This document shows, in pieces, positions 1 through 11,346 of a stretch of 64,000 bases of DNA. Each line of letters opens with the position of its first letter. Position 1 is the first letter of the stretch. Source of the stretch: Takakia lepidozioides (Eukaryota; Plantae; Bryophyta); contig CM060734.1 in NCBI GenBank assembly GCA_030704615.1, forward strand, positions 57,412,001 through 57,476,000. Reading direction: 5' to 3'. The notes beneath the pieces are model-generated. The model was not told where the DNA came from and did no database searches. It saw nothing but the letters and a program-made list of their open reading frames with translations. The position numbers were made by a program, and so were the translations under genes.

Positions 1-843
1 ATTGCCTGTTCCTGGCAAGTGGGACACTATAGTTCCTGGCTGTTGAATGTTCCATGTGGTGCAATTGGGACACTAATACACTATAGTCCTGTACCTTATT
101 TTGGCAGCATTGATGGGCAACTTTGGCAAGGTTATGATGCTTCACGGACCCAACTTTTTGCATCCCAAGAGCTCGCAAAAAACGTGCACAATACAAATCC
201 CTGTCAGAATATGCTAATGCTCACTTGAGCTGTGCAGGAACACTAGTGTACACGGTATAATCCGCTCACTTCCAGGATCCTTCCTGCTAACGTCACACTC
301 ATGTTTCATGTGAGGGTATGCCTGCAGCTTATATTAGTGATGGGCTGCGGAGGAATACCTTTTTTATAATTATGCCGACAGAGCAGTTCCAGGATCCTTC
401 ATGAATGCTAGAAATATGTTTGCCTGTTGATCCGGAGCTCAAAATCCTTGTTCAGCTGCACTACAGTCACTACCTACACGGTGGGTTCCATGTCAACTCG
501 AATATAATGATAAGCTGTGCAGGAACACTATTTTATAATACTCTCACTTCCGAGATCCTTCCTGCAAGCTTACAAGTTACGCATACGTTTGCCGGTTGAT
601 CTGGAGCTGAAATCCTTGATAAATCCTATATTGTGCCTTGAAGTTCTCAAATAAAAATCAGCCGTCGGGACCATTTCTAGCGTCATCATTGTCTTTGTAT
701 CACACAATTTGTCGGTAAAAGATATACTTTTTTGGTTCGAGGCCGTTACAGTGTTTGCGGTAGTGCGCTACAGAACGCGTAAACAGAATCACCGTGTGTC
801 CTCGCAATGGAGGCCAACGCGTTCCTGTTTCTTCGTGATTGCA

Positions 844-851
844 TATATAAG
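844..851 (+). promoter_or_regulatory. TATA box of HMA copy 1
   Basis: TATATAAG ~250 bp upstream of the ATG, conserved in the inverted copy (CTTATATA at ~6122-6129). Confidence 0.55.
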
Positions 852-1103
852 AAAGCTTTCTCCCCTTCCTCCTTCAGCTTTGAACATCTAGGCTCATCCC
901 AAATTCTTCCACATCGCTGCATTTGTAGCTGCACACACTTGTGCACTCGAAGTTGATCTACAAGGCATTCCAATTGTCATCAAGCGATCTCAGTTTCCTT
1001 CTCTAAAAGTTTCGAGATCCTTTTCCTTCCAATCGTGGGGGCCACTTAATCAAGACAATTCTTGTGCTTGTGAGTGTGGGGGAGTAATCTACGTACTGAC
1101 GGT

Positions 1104-1703
1104 ATGGCTTTTCTGCGGAACATTGATGAGTTTTTCTACGGGCGCCGAAGCGAACCCGGCTGGATCGTCAATAGCTCCAGGGATGTACCCTACTACTACG
1201 AGATTCGTGAAGCCAACCCTCACACCCACCATGTCTCCCCCTACATTACCGATGCGCTGCATAACAGTCACTCTCGCCACATACTTCCGGTAGTGGAGTT
1301 GAAGGTGCCCATGTGCTGCGCCAAATGTGAAGAGAAGGTGAAGGAGGAGCTCCTGGAGCTGGAGGGGGTGTATGGAGTTGTGTGTGACCAATACACGCAG
1401 AAGGTGATTGTCTCTGGACATGTGGATCCTCTGCGTGCACTCAAGAAGGCCAAGCGAGTGAAGAAGAAATCTCAGTTGTGGCCAAGCCCTGCTTACCGCC
1501 AGTACGACGGGGAGTACAGTTCATCTGAGAGTCGGGGATACCTGCACCATGACCAGACAGAGTACAGATCCTCGCACAGCCGATACACCCCTGCATTTGG
1601 CCAATCTTACGTGCATTCGTACGGCCCATCTTACAGACAAGCCCACAGTCAGTCCATCATCACCAACCCCCATTATCTGAAGCACATTGAATCGGAGTAT
1701 TGA
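1104..1703 (+). CDS. Heavy-metal-associated (HMA) domain protein, HPP-type (no C-terminal CaaX), copy 1, intronless
   Basis: VVELKVPMCCAKCEEKVKEELLELEGV...QKVIVSGHVDP is a plant HMA fold with CxxC; first ATG at 1104; TATA box upstream at 844; near-identical paralog at 5281-5874. Confidence 0.9.
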   Translation: MAFLRNIDEFFYGRRSEPGWIVNSSRDVPYYYEIREANPHTHHVSPYITDALHNSHSRHILPVVELKVPMCCAKCEEKVKEELLELEGVYGVVCDQYTQKVIVSGHVDPLRALKKAKRVKKKSQLWPSPAYRQYDGEYSSSESRGYLHHDQTEYRSSHSRYTPAFGQSYVHSYGPSYRQAHSQSIITNPHYLKHIESEY

Positions 1704-2159
1704 TTGTTGCGAATCTCCACCATAGCTACACCAACTGTATAGAGCTCGGTAGATTGATAGCGCGTTCTTTGCGGGTAACTTGGATGCTTCACATTGGGGG
1801 CCGCCTTGAAAGTAATGAAGATTTTGATAGAAATAGGAGAAAGCGAAGGCAATGTGTTGGGGTGACCCGTCATGTTGGCTCGTAATGTGAATGAAGCGAG
1901 GATTGGCTCTTTCCCGTGTCAGAACACTCTGCAAATTTTCTGGGTTTCAAAGGTTCAAATCTCTCAGTTCAGGCTTTATGTACAAACATTCTGCTTTGTA
2001 GAATGTTTGGACCATGAATACGGGGGTTGCATAAATGCCATTGAGCCTTGCTGGATCAACTCTGCTTCTCATTCGTCTCAACCCTTGTATTTTCAACAGG
2101 TACATCCAACATGTAAGATCCTGTTCATCACGGAGCTGCCCAAGTCCTCTGGCTCTCTG

Positions 2160-2480
2160 ACTTTACCGAAGATCGGGGGGGCTAACCATTACGAACAAAC
2201 ATGCGAACAACAAACACGTTTCAAAAGTTCTCGAGATTACCGCTTCCAAGTTTGTTCAAATTCCATGAAATTTGGGCAGCGTGAAGAGCAACACTGGATC
2301 TTTTTCCACGTCGAGACATGTCTACATTATTGGACCAGAAATTTTCTAGATTCTGATCAAGAATCTGCATGCAAAATGCTTACATTGCATTGATGTACAA
2401 ACTTGTCAGAGTCCAATTGGACTTAAGTGAAGTCCAATTGTAAAATTCGGGCCTGACACATTCCTGCCCACTAAAAATGG
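2160..2480 (-). mobile_element. Possible Ty3/gypsy PPT plus 3' LTR start (relic)
   Basis: Minus strand reads tttttagtgggcaggaatg then TGTCAGGCCCG, a PPT-TG arrangement; no partner LTR seen. Confidence 0.3.
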
Positions 2481-3471
2481 GATCGAGGAAACCTGACCGC
2501 ATAAAATGTTGCCCACTCACACGCTCTGTCAGTCGTACAAATTTCAATTAGTCCTAAACTTAAATACTACGGTATACTATTTTTACTTTCTTACTTTGCT
2601 GGCCTTGCCATCCAAAGGCAGCCTCCCCAAGGCAGGACTCCCCAAAGGGTTGGCCAGCGAATTACTTAAGACAAGTGTAGATGGAATACTTTCTCCATAT
2701 GTATTTATCGAGATGGAATATGTAAATAGGATGTAGTGACTAGTTCATAGGGGTCTAGTTGGTGCATGGTTGACAGGTGAGACACAGGTGAGACTGTGCA
2801 TAGAGACGTACTGGGGGATCAAAGGTAAACAAGTTTAGGGTTTCAACCAGCTCCAGACTCCAGACTTTCTACACAAAGGTGCCACCAAGATTAAGTTAGT
2901 GCACAAACTTTCGGATTTTGTCACAAGCAACTCGTACATTCATGCGTAATGTTTTTCAGGCGTTACATTACACACGACTCAAGTTCTGTGGGGCTTGCAC
3001 GTACCTTTATTCCATGTGTTTGTTTGCAGCATTCTTTTGGGCCGACAAAGTACAACTAAGTGCAGCACCTATCCTACTCACAAAATTTCTGGCTGCCCAA
3101 TCATCTTGAGGTTGTGGGTCAAAAGCATGAAATGCATTTTATTTTTCTATTTTTCTTTTCCTTTTAGAGGGAAGAATTGTTTGGATGCAAAATCCCTAGG
3201 GTTCCATGTTTCCAAACACATTCCCATTCCTGCTAGACTCAGTTTTGCCCATTTTGAGGGCATTTCCGTGGTCAGATTGGGCCTGCCCTATTCTGTACAT
3301 GCGAGCGTGCACCATTCTGACTCTTCTTTCCACACAAAACAAGACTGAAAAAGATGTTCGGTGTTGGCACTGCAGTCAGTGGAGAAGAAGCAGAGATGAC
3401 CTGATGAAGCTGCGAGGGAAATTATTTCACAAGCAAGTTGGATGAATCTCAGAAACACATCGCATGTAGGG

Positions 3472-3655
3472 ATAGAATGTACTCGGAACACTTTGTTTGC
3501 CGTAGCCTCGTGTCCTTGGAAACATAGGGAGCAGGCACTACCTTTGTGAGGGCGCACTCCAGTAGACGCACTTACCTTGATATAAACAATCCATTGGGGC
3601 TTTCTAGAAAGCCCTTCACACAAGCATCAATCTGCTGTGTGTGAGAAGCCAAAAG
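3472..3655 (-). mobile_element. LINE family B, short degenerate 3' end
   Basis: Similar to 29225-29587 and 58958-59672 (gattgatgcttgtgtgaaggg...ggctacggcaaacaa...gagtacattctat). Confidence 0.75.
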
Positions 3656-3896
3656 TTAGATCCCAACATATTTGTGTACGAGCCATGCTCTTGATGTTCC
3701 TCAAGAGAGTCACTCCCTGTTGAGAATAACCTGCACATTATATGATCACATTCAAATGGACTTTGTTCAAGCCCGCACATCACCTGGGCATTTTTTTCCC
3801 TCTCAGCATCTGTTTATAGTTCAAAGGTAGGGATAAATGACAACGCTAAGACCTGTAAGATATGTGTAACTTCTTACATGTTCTCGTGCAAGTTCA

Positions 3897-4878
3897 TGAA
3901 ATGGTGCTTTATAACGTCCGCGGAAAGCTCATAGAGCTTATGGGACAAATGGAAGGAAGAACATGAGAGAAAATAGGAAAACCAGAGTCAGAGAAAAGAA
4001 CTATTGTTCGAGTGATTGTCTAAGGGTGAATGCCTCGTGCAGGTAGGCTGCCAAACATTTCTGATCCTCATAGTGGAAGACTTCAGTGAGAGATCGGGTT
4101 CCACGGAATAGACAATGGAATCTCCCACGGAACTCATAGTATAGGGGGCAATAGAAGAAGAAGTGCGCCCTGTGCAAGCAGGACATAGGCGGTCCTCCTG
4201 CTGCAGGTTTTCCCATCTGCCAGTCTCTATCCGTAGGTTGTGGGAGCCCACCCTGAACCGCCCCAAAGCCCTCAGGAGAGAAGGAGATAAAGAGGCCGAA
4301 AGGTAATTGGGCCGCAAGATTCTATCATCCCGGAGAACCAAGAATGTTTCTCGATAGAAATGGAGCTTTGTTGTGAGGTTGTGTAACTTCCAAGTTCTCC
4401 TGACATGTAACTCCATGAGCTCCTTTCTAATGAGTTGGTTGCGGTCATGCCTGGATGTGATTTCCACCTCTTCTGGGTTCACTGGCAAAAGTGAAGCTAT
4501 AGAGAGTCCATGGCGTTCAAAAAAGGTATCCACACGGGCATACCAGGATTGTTTGAAGCCTGCATTTTTGAGTCTCTTAGATGTATTATGGCCCTGGCCA
4601 CAAGCCCCTTGGGGGGAAGGCATTGTAACCTATGTAGGAAAATTGTAAGCCGGAAGAGGGCCTCAGTTTGGAGTGGCACACAGGCGAATTCTGCATTCAA
4701 ATATGTGCGATGGAGTTGTGCCTCTGGCGCCAAGCATTGCTTGGAGGAAAGATGACTGCAATGGTTCCAGATTGTGTTCCCAGCAGGAAACTGGGACTGT
4801 AGGTGCCCAAAATTCACAACCAAAAGTGGCATTTGGGGTGACTACGCTATCAAACATGCAATTTGTAGCGAGTGTGTA
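3897..4878 (-). mobile_element. LINE family A, 5'-truncated and frameshifted (RTEX/L2-like post-RT region with C-terminal CCHC)
   Basis: FDSVVTPNATFGCEFW...FLQAMLG..TTP, then LGRFRVGSHNLRIETGRW..EDRLCPAC and HFFFYCPLY..FR; 3' end GGACGTTATAAAGCACCATTTCA. Confidence 0.85.
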
Positions 4879-5280
4879 AATGAGTAGCAGAATTGATCTC
4901 AATGGCATTTAGAGAATCCGGGAATTCATGGTGCAAACATTCTGCAAAGGACAAACATTTCGTACACTTAATTGCGAACCAGTCACTGAGAGCAATTGAA
5001 ACGTTGAAACCCACAAAATTTGCAGTCCTGGGCGATGTATTGCACAATGTCCAGACAGGGGAAAGTGCCCATCCTCGCTTCATTCACATTACGAGCCAAT
5101 CTGATGGATCACCCCAACACATCGCCATCGCTTTCTCCTATTTCTATCAAAATCTTGCTTACTTTTCGCTTCTCTACAGGCGGCCCCCAATGTGGAGTAT
5201 CCAAGTAAGCCGCAAAGAACGCGCTATCAATCTACCGAGCTCTATACAGTTGGTGTAGCTATGGTGGAGATTTGCAACAA

Positions 5281-5874
5281 TCAGTACTCCGATTCAATGT
5301 GCTTCAGATAATGGGGGTTGGTGATGAACTGACTGCTGGCTTGTCTGTAAGATGGGCCGTACGAATGCACGTAAGATTGGCCAAATGCAGGTGTGTATCG
5401 GCTGTGCGAGGATGTGTAGTCTGTCTGCTCATGGTGCCGGTATCCCCGACTCTCACATGAACTGTACTCCCCGTCGTACTGGCGGTAAGCAGGGCTCGGC
5501 CACAACTGAGATTTCTTCTTCACTCGCTTGGCCTTCTTGAGTGCGCGCGGAGGATCCACATGTCCAGAAACAATCACCTTCTTTGTGTAGTGGTCACACA
5601 AAACTCCATACACCCCCTCCAGCTCCAGGAGCTCTTCCTTCACCTTCTCTTCACATTTGGCGCAGCACATGGGCACCATCAACTCCACTACCGGAAGCAC
5701 GTGGCGAGAGTGACTGTTATGCAGCGCATGGGTAATGTAGGGGGAGACATGGTGGGTGTGAGGGAGGGCTTCACGAGTCTCGTAGTAGTAGGGTACATCC
5801 CTGGAGCTGTTCACAATCCAGCTGGGTTCGCTTCGGCGCCCGTAGAAAGACCCATCATTCCGCAGAAAACCCAT
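5281..5874 (-). CDS. HMA domain protein (HPP-type), copy 2, intronless
   Basis: 197 aa ORF, VVELMVPMCCAKCEEKV; intact paralog of 1104-1703. Confidence 0.9.
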   Translation of the reverse strand: MGFLRNDGSFYGRRSEPSWIVNSSRDVPYYYETREALPHTHHVSPYITHALHNSHSRHVLPVVELMVPMCCAKCEEKVKEELLELEGVYGVLCDHYTKKVIVSGHVDPPRALKKAKRVKKKSQLWPSPAYRQYDGEYSSCESRGYRHHEQTDYTSSHSRYTPAFGQSYVHSYGPSYRQASSQFITNPHYLKHIESEY

Positions 5875-6349
5875 ACCGTCAGTAGATCACTCCCTCACAC
5901 TCACAAGCACAAGAATTGTCTTGATTAAGTGGCCCAACGATTGGAAGGAAAAGGATCTCAAACCTTTTAGAGAAGGGAACTGAGATCGCTTGATGACAAT
6001 GGGATTGCCCTGTAGGTCAACTTCGAGTGCACAAGTGTGTGCAGGTACAAATGCAGCGATGTGGAAGAATGTGGGATGAGCCTGGATGTTCAAAGCTGAA
6101 GGAGGAAGGGGAGTGAGCTTTCTTATATACAATCACGAAGAAACAGGAACGCGTTGCAGGGTGCACCGCCTCCATTGCGAGGACACACGCACACGGTGAT
6201 TAGCAGTAAGGCATGGCAGCTGTGCTTTGCCTGTTTACGCGTTCTCTAGCGCACCACAGCAACACTCTAACGGCCTCTCGACAGCCTTGAAACAAATCTA
6301 TCTTTTAGTATTTACCGACAAAAAGTGTCGTTGCACACTAGTGCGATCT

Positions 6350-7330
6350 CTTGGCCGAGAAATTGGAAGGGTACAAAGACAATAATGACACTAGAATTGG
6401 TCTGGCAGAGAAACGTATATGTGTGTCAGACTGTAAGCAGGAAGGATCGCGGAAGTGAGGCTAACCTAGTGTTCCCGCACAGGTCATCATTATATTCTGA
6501 CAGATATGTGTACGTATTTGTGCACGTTTTGTGTGAGCTCTTGGGCCGCAAAAAGTTGGGGCATACAGCCCTGTCAAACCCTGTCATCATCTTCCTGGTT
6601 CCCCACAATCCTTGCCAAGGACTCTCTTATTTGTGTACTCTGTGTTGTGGAAGTTTGAGTTACATACCTATCACTGCAAAGGCCCCGAACCAACCAAATA
6701 AATCTCATCACTTAAATTACAGTCGTTCTTGCACAGAATTGTCTCTTGGGAGAAATGGCAATGATACAAAGATCATTAGCAATGACACGAGCTTGACCGT
6801 CTATATACTTTCCCTTTCCTTCTCAATCATGTGACATTAGAAATAGTCTGGCTCGTTGTTTCGTCCTGATTTCAGCACCCCACCGCACTGTAGTGCTTTA
6901 CGACGATTGAGCTCCGGATCAACAGGCAAACTTATTTCTAGCATGTTCAAAGTGAGCCTTGCATTATGAATTAGTGTTCCGCCACAGCCCATCGATATAA
7001 GCTGCATATTCTACAGGCAAACGTCTGTGTAACATTTACATAAGCAGCAAGAAGGATCTCTGAAGTTTAAGTTACAATAGGTAGTGTTCCTGTGCACAGC
7101 TCATCAATATATTCTGACACCCGGTGATTCGTAGATTTGTGCACGTTTTGTGCTTGATCTTGGGATGCAAAAAGCTACAGGTCACCCGTAAGGCATAGCC
7201 TGCCCAAAAACGAAAGGAAAAAGAAAAATATAGCCTGCCAAACCCTGTCACGCTCACGATCTTCTCCATCAATCCTGCCTGGTAGACTCATCATTTGGGT
7301 TCAGTGTGTTGTGGGAGTTTGAGCTCTGTA
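6350..7330. repeat. Diverged tandem duplication (~600 bp period) upstream of HMA copy 2
   Basis: attctgaca...tttgtgcacgttttgtg...aaaccctgtca...gtgttgtgg.agtttgag occurs at ~6493-6660 and ~7110-7323. Confidence 0.6.
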
Positions 7331-8294
7331 GTCGTCCCTAAGCCTTGCTATGCTTGTGGGTCAGACCTTAACGCTGACCTACGCTGATGAATGAGTTCCT
7401 CCAGTTTATCAAGAGGCGTTTTTCTAGGGTCTAATAGATCACCCTACACAAAATCATCAGCTGTTCCTTCCTTTCTCTCGGAGATCCGAAGCCTGAATGC
7501 CTGGGTACATGCTACACTCTAGTGCTTTCTTCTGTCAGAGTTGGAAGTGACTCTCCATTCTTTCCAACTGGTCCCTTCTAGATAGTCTTTGGGCAAGAGC
7601 ACCCTAAACTTTTCTTCAATCCAAATATGTACGATCTCCCGATTTTCCCCTCGCTTCCGAAAACAATGACATCCTGGTGTGTGGATCGCATGCCTTAACG
7701 GTTTGAGGCTGAAAGCTTATGAGGCCAAGTAATAGATGGGCCCTGGAGTTGAATGCGAGGGAGCCGGTTCAGCCAGCGTGGACCCCCCGCCACCCCGCGC
7801 CCGCCGCCCGCGAACCGCGCGGCAGCCCCTCCCGTGCCTCATGTACCCTCTGCCAGGACATGACACATGTCCTCTCACCCATCCCCATCCGCCTCCCATC
7901 CTCGCCTCATGCATGGCATCGTCCCCCATCCCCCCTGCATGCCTTCATCCTCATGCTTGCGTCCATTGCATACATGGTATCCCCAAACATACATCATGCC
8001 CTCAATTCAAATTGGTTCTGACATCTTTTCAAATTTTGAAATGGTTGAAGAAAGAGAATGGACGTTGGGATATATGCCACATCGTCACATACACTGCCCC
8101 CCAATGGAGGGTTTTGCTACCCTCATCGTGCATTTCCTAGTAGAGCAGTTCTCTCCATGCGTTTCTAGCTTGCCCACATGAATTGACAGCATTCCATTAT
8201 ACATGCCCAGAATATGAATGCAAAAAGGCGCGTGTGAGGATACGGTAGCGAAAGAAGACATCAGCAAACTCATAAGCGTCTTATTTCTGTAAGC

Positions 8295-10643
8295 ATGGCT
8301 GAAGAGGTTGAACATGGCAAGATTTTGCCCCACCTTCTTTCTAATCTGCAAAGTCAGCTACAGACACCAAAGAGAGGTACTTTCACATACCATGACTTGC
8401 AATGGAGGTCCCAATGGCACGGACAGATACCTGATGAGAACACAACTGAAATTGCATATATTCCTTGGAATCGGGTGGTGGACTTCATTGCTGGTGAGTC
8501 CTCCCAGAAGGAAGCCCCATGCACGTTCTGCACTCATCGACAGAAAGGCACCCCTGCTGGGACTCTCCAGGCACCACGCATCAATAGTGCCATGAACATT
8601 ACAACGTATGAATTCAACTTGAGCATGCCATGATTCATGAAAAATGAAATGAATGCTGCCACTACACAGGTTTTGTCCAATCCCACTAGCCATGCACTTA
8701 TGCTTTCATAAGAGCGGTTCTTAAAGGCCACTCATGTTTTTGGCGTAGGTATCACTGCGCCTATGGCCCACAAGACAATACCCTGAACACTGTGGAGGTA
8801 ACAGAGGCTATGCGTGCGAAGAAATGGCGTGCAGGTCCACCAAAGAAAAGGGGGAGAAAGCCTACAGTGGGGCCAACATCAACAGGAAAAAAACCTAAAC
8901 AAAAAAGGACTACAAACAACAAAACAGGAGAAGACATCAAAAGAGGATGCATGTGCCGATTTGCTGTCAAGCAATGCTACTTGGACCCTGCTATGGCAGA
9001 GATAATTTATTATGAGAAACAACATGTAAATGGAAGAGGTCAGATATGCCACGGACCTTCATATCACTTGAACCGATGTGCAATGGCTCCCCATCTTAGC
9101 GATGACATGAAATCATGGATTTTGCACAATTTGCGTCTTGGGCTGAGCATAAACAAGATAATGGCCAAGCACACCATGCGAGTGAAGGAGTTGATGGAGC
9201 AAGGGCTGGACGTCAGCCGTGTCACTTTTCTCCTCTCCCATGACATACGGAATATTGCGAAGCTATGCGATGAAGAGCCATTCAAAAAACACCCAAATGA
9301 TGCACAGAGTGTCCGCATGTGAGTGCATGAAAATATGGCTAGTGTTTTCTACTACCAAGAAGAAAAGAACCACAAGGCTTGGACATCTAGTGACATCAAA
9401 CTTGATCTTCCATTCGTTCTTGGCATACAGACAGTGTGGCAGTGAGATCAAATGTTGAAATTTGGCCATCACCGAATTGTCGCATGCGACGCCACCTTCG
9501 GAACCAATGAGAAGAAGGTGGGATTTGTCTTTTTACTTCATTGCAATCGTTGAAGCCATGTTTAAGGTGTACTTGCCATACTGCATCCCCACATCGTACA
9601 AATCTCATACCCACTGCTTTCTCCATACAAATCTGCCTCAATTGTTGTACATTGATTGTTGTTTATGTAGTACCCGCTATACACCATGATGGTATTCGAC
9701 GAGTGGTTGAATGGAATCCCAGTTGCATTCATCATCACAGCAAGATCAAATGCAATCGATTTGGAGCCATAGATGTCCGCACTGAACGGGAAGCTTCAGG
9801 CGAACCAGGCAGGATGGTGCCCACATGCTTTCATTGTTGATGATGCAGATGCTGAAATAAAAGCAATCAGGTGAATCCCAATTCGCAACTCTCTGGAATT
9901 TTTTGGTTTTTCTACAAATCTCCATATTATAATGTTGTTACATGTCTTTCTATGTCAGGGCCGTGCGGGGGCAGTCTGCAGTTTTTCTATGTCTTTGGCA
10001 TGTGAGGAGAGCATGGCAAAAGAATGTCGTGTCTAAGATCAAAGATGCAGATTTGCGTACATGTGTCAAGCAAAATATGTCAAAAATCACGTATAGTGCT
10101 GCAAAAAGCGAGGGTGACGCAGGTGAAGCATTGGCAGTGTGCGAACTTGTGAATTTGCGTTTCAAGTACCCCACCGTAAGTGAATTTTGTGACTACTTGG
10201 AGCAGGAGTGGGTTCCCAAAGCTAAGATGTGGACAATGGGTTCTCGCAACATTCTACACGCAGGACAAGACCCAAACGCCACCATTGAAGCTTATCATGG
10301 CAATTTGAAGGCACAACTGAAATGCACAAAGAGCAAACTGGTCAGCAGACGAGTCGATTGGCACATTCATGAACTCACAGGTGATTTGCTTACTCATTAC
10401 TAGTATATGTCGTATGCCAAAACATATGGCTTCATCCGCAATAAGCGACTTGAAGGCTTTGTGTGCAGCTCTATTTTGCTTGCCAAACAGATTCCCGATT
10501 GCAATGTGAACCTTCCGCAGACAGAAGGGGGCATCGCCACTGTCAAATGTATTTGGGATGAGAGGACTAGATATATGGTTCACAATCCACAGTCCAACTG
10601 GGGATGTTGTGATTGTCGGCATGCCCGCAAAGGTAATATGTGT
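8295..10643 (+). pseudogene. MULE-type transposase / SWIM zinc-finger protein (At1g60560/At4g13970-like), with introns, multiple stops, truncated within SWIM
   Basis: AYIPWNRVVDFIAGES, KRGCMCRFAVK..HVN..GQICHG, DATFGTN, LCLWHVRRAWQKN, NATIEAYHGNLK, SRRVDW, CDCRHARKGNMC; in-frame stops near 9320, 9770 and 10401. Confidence 0.85.
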
Positions 10644-11030
10644 TTTAATCAACAACTTTAACTGACTATAGAAACCGCTGTCTGCAAACACTCAATCGAT
10701 CAAATGGTGTAACCTTCAGATACCGAGACACTAAGACGGCTTTCGGGGTCCATGAAGAGCCGATCTAGCGGCAGGCCCTTTAAGCACCTCTCTACATGAG
10801 CTATTGACATTTACAAATGATGTGAGTCCTTTTGTGTAAGATTTTCACCCTTGTAACATAACCTTTTTAAGGATTCAATTCATGGGTTCCCATCATCACA
10901 ATCTTTTCTCTAGATTACCTATCTCTCTCTCAAGCCAGGGACGTTATAAAGCACCATTTCATTTCATTTCATTTCTCCTCTCAAGCCATGTTCCCAGACA
11001 AAGATTAAAACATATGAACCAACATTGGCA
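10639..11030 (+). repeat. Displaced copy of the OPT stop codon and 3' flank
   Basis: Matches 29148-29214 + 29585-29785 + 30087-30190 in direct orientation. Confidence 0.85.
10938..10974 (+). mobile_element. 37-bp LINE family A 3' tip with (CATTT)n tail and TSD
   Basis: GGGACGTTATAAAGCACCATTTCATTTCATTTCATTT between CTCTCAAGCCA repeats; empty site at ~30135-30150. Confidence 0.85.
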
Positions 11031-11098
11031 TGGACTGCGATGATTGCAGCATTAGCTCAGCAGGGGCATGGTGAAGAGGCATTTGAACTGTTCAGGGA
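11027..11098 (+). pseudogene. Single PPR-motif fragment
   Basis: AWTAMIAALAQQGHGEEAFELFRE is a canonical PPR helix pair; isolated. Confidence 0.7.
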
Positions 11099-11164
11099 GC
11101 CTACTTGTCTAACTTATAGTGGACTCAAGTGCAACTTCACCTATATGAGTGTAGGTGCGCGATC

Positions 11165-11243
11165 TGGCTGTGCGGGATCTGGTTCCATAGAAACCATCCA
11201 ACACTGTTTCACTGGATGCCCCAGAGTGCTCAGGATTTGGTCT
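11165..11243 (+). mobile_element. L1-type zf-RVT fragment
   Basis: ETIQHCFTGCPRVLRIWS matches the zf-RVT E-T-x-x-H-x-F-x-x-C-P..W pattern. Confidence 0.55.
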
Positions 11244-11346
11244 CTAATTAGAAGCTGAATCTACTCCAATTGGAAGGACCTCCCCCGGGGACGTTGGTCC
11301 GCCCCTGCATAGCTTTGGTGTGATGACCTCCCATCTGAAAGAGCCC

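Larger units (their letters stand above)
120..7210. repeat. Large inverted duplication, arms ~120-2070 and ~4878-7210, carrying the two HMA genes tail-to-tail
   Basis: Promoter, CDS and 3' flank align as reverse complements, e.g. 2050-2070 ggatcaactctgcttctcatt vs 4878-4898; 130-250 vs 7080-7205. Confidence 0.9.

Noticed and set aside
7717-8181. Overlapping Pro/His-rich ORFs
   Set aside because: GC-rich low-complexity subterminal region of the MULE relic; no domain signal
8425-8460. CTGATGA...GAAA hammerhead ribozyme core
   Set aside because: No convincing stems and it lies inside transposase coding sequence; no hammerhead was found by eye near the PLE-like element either
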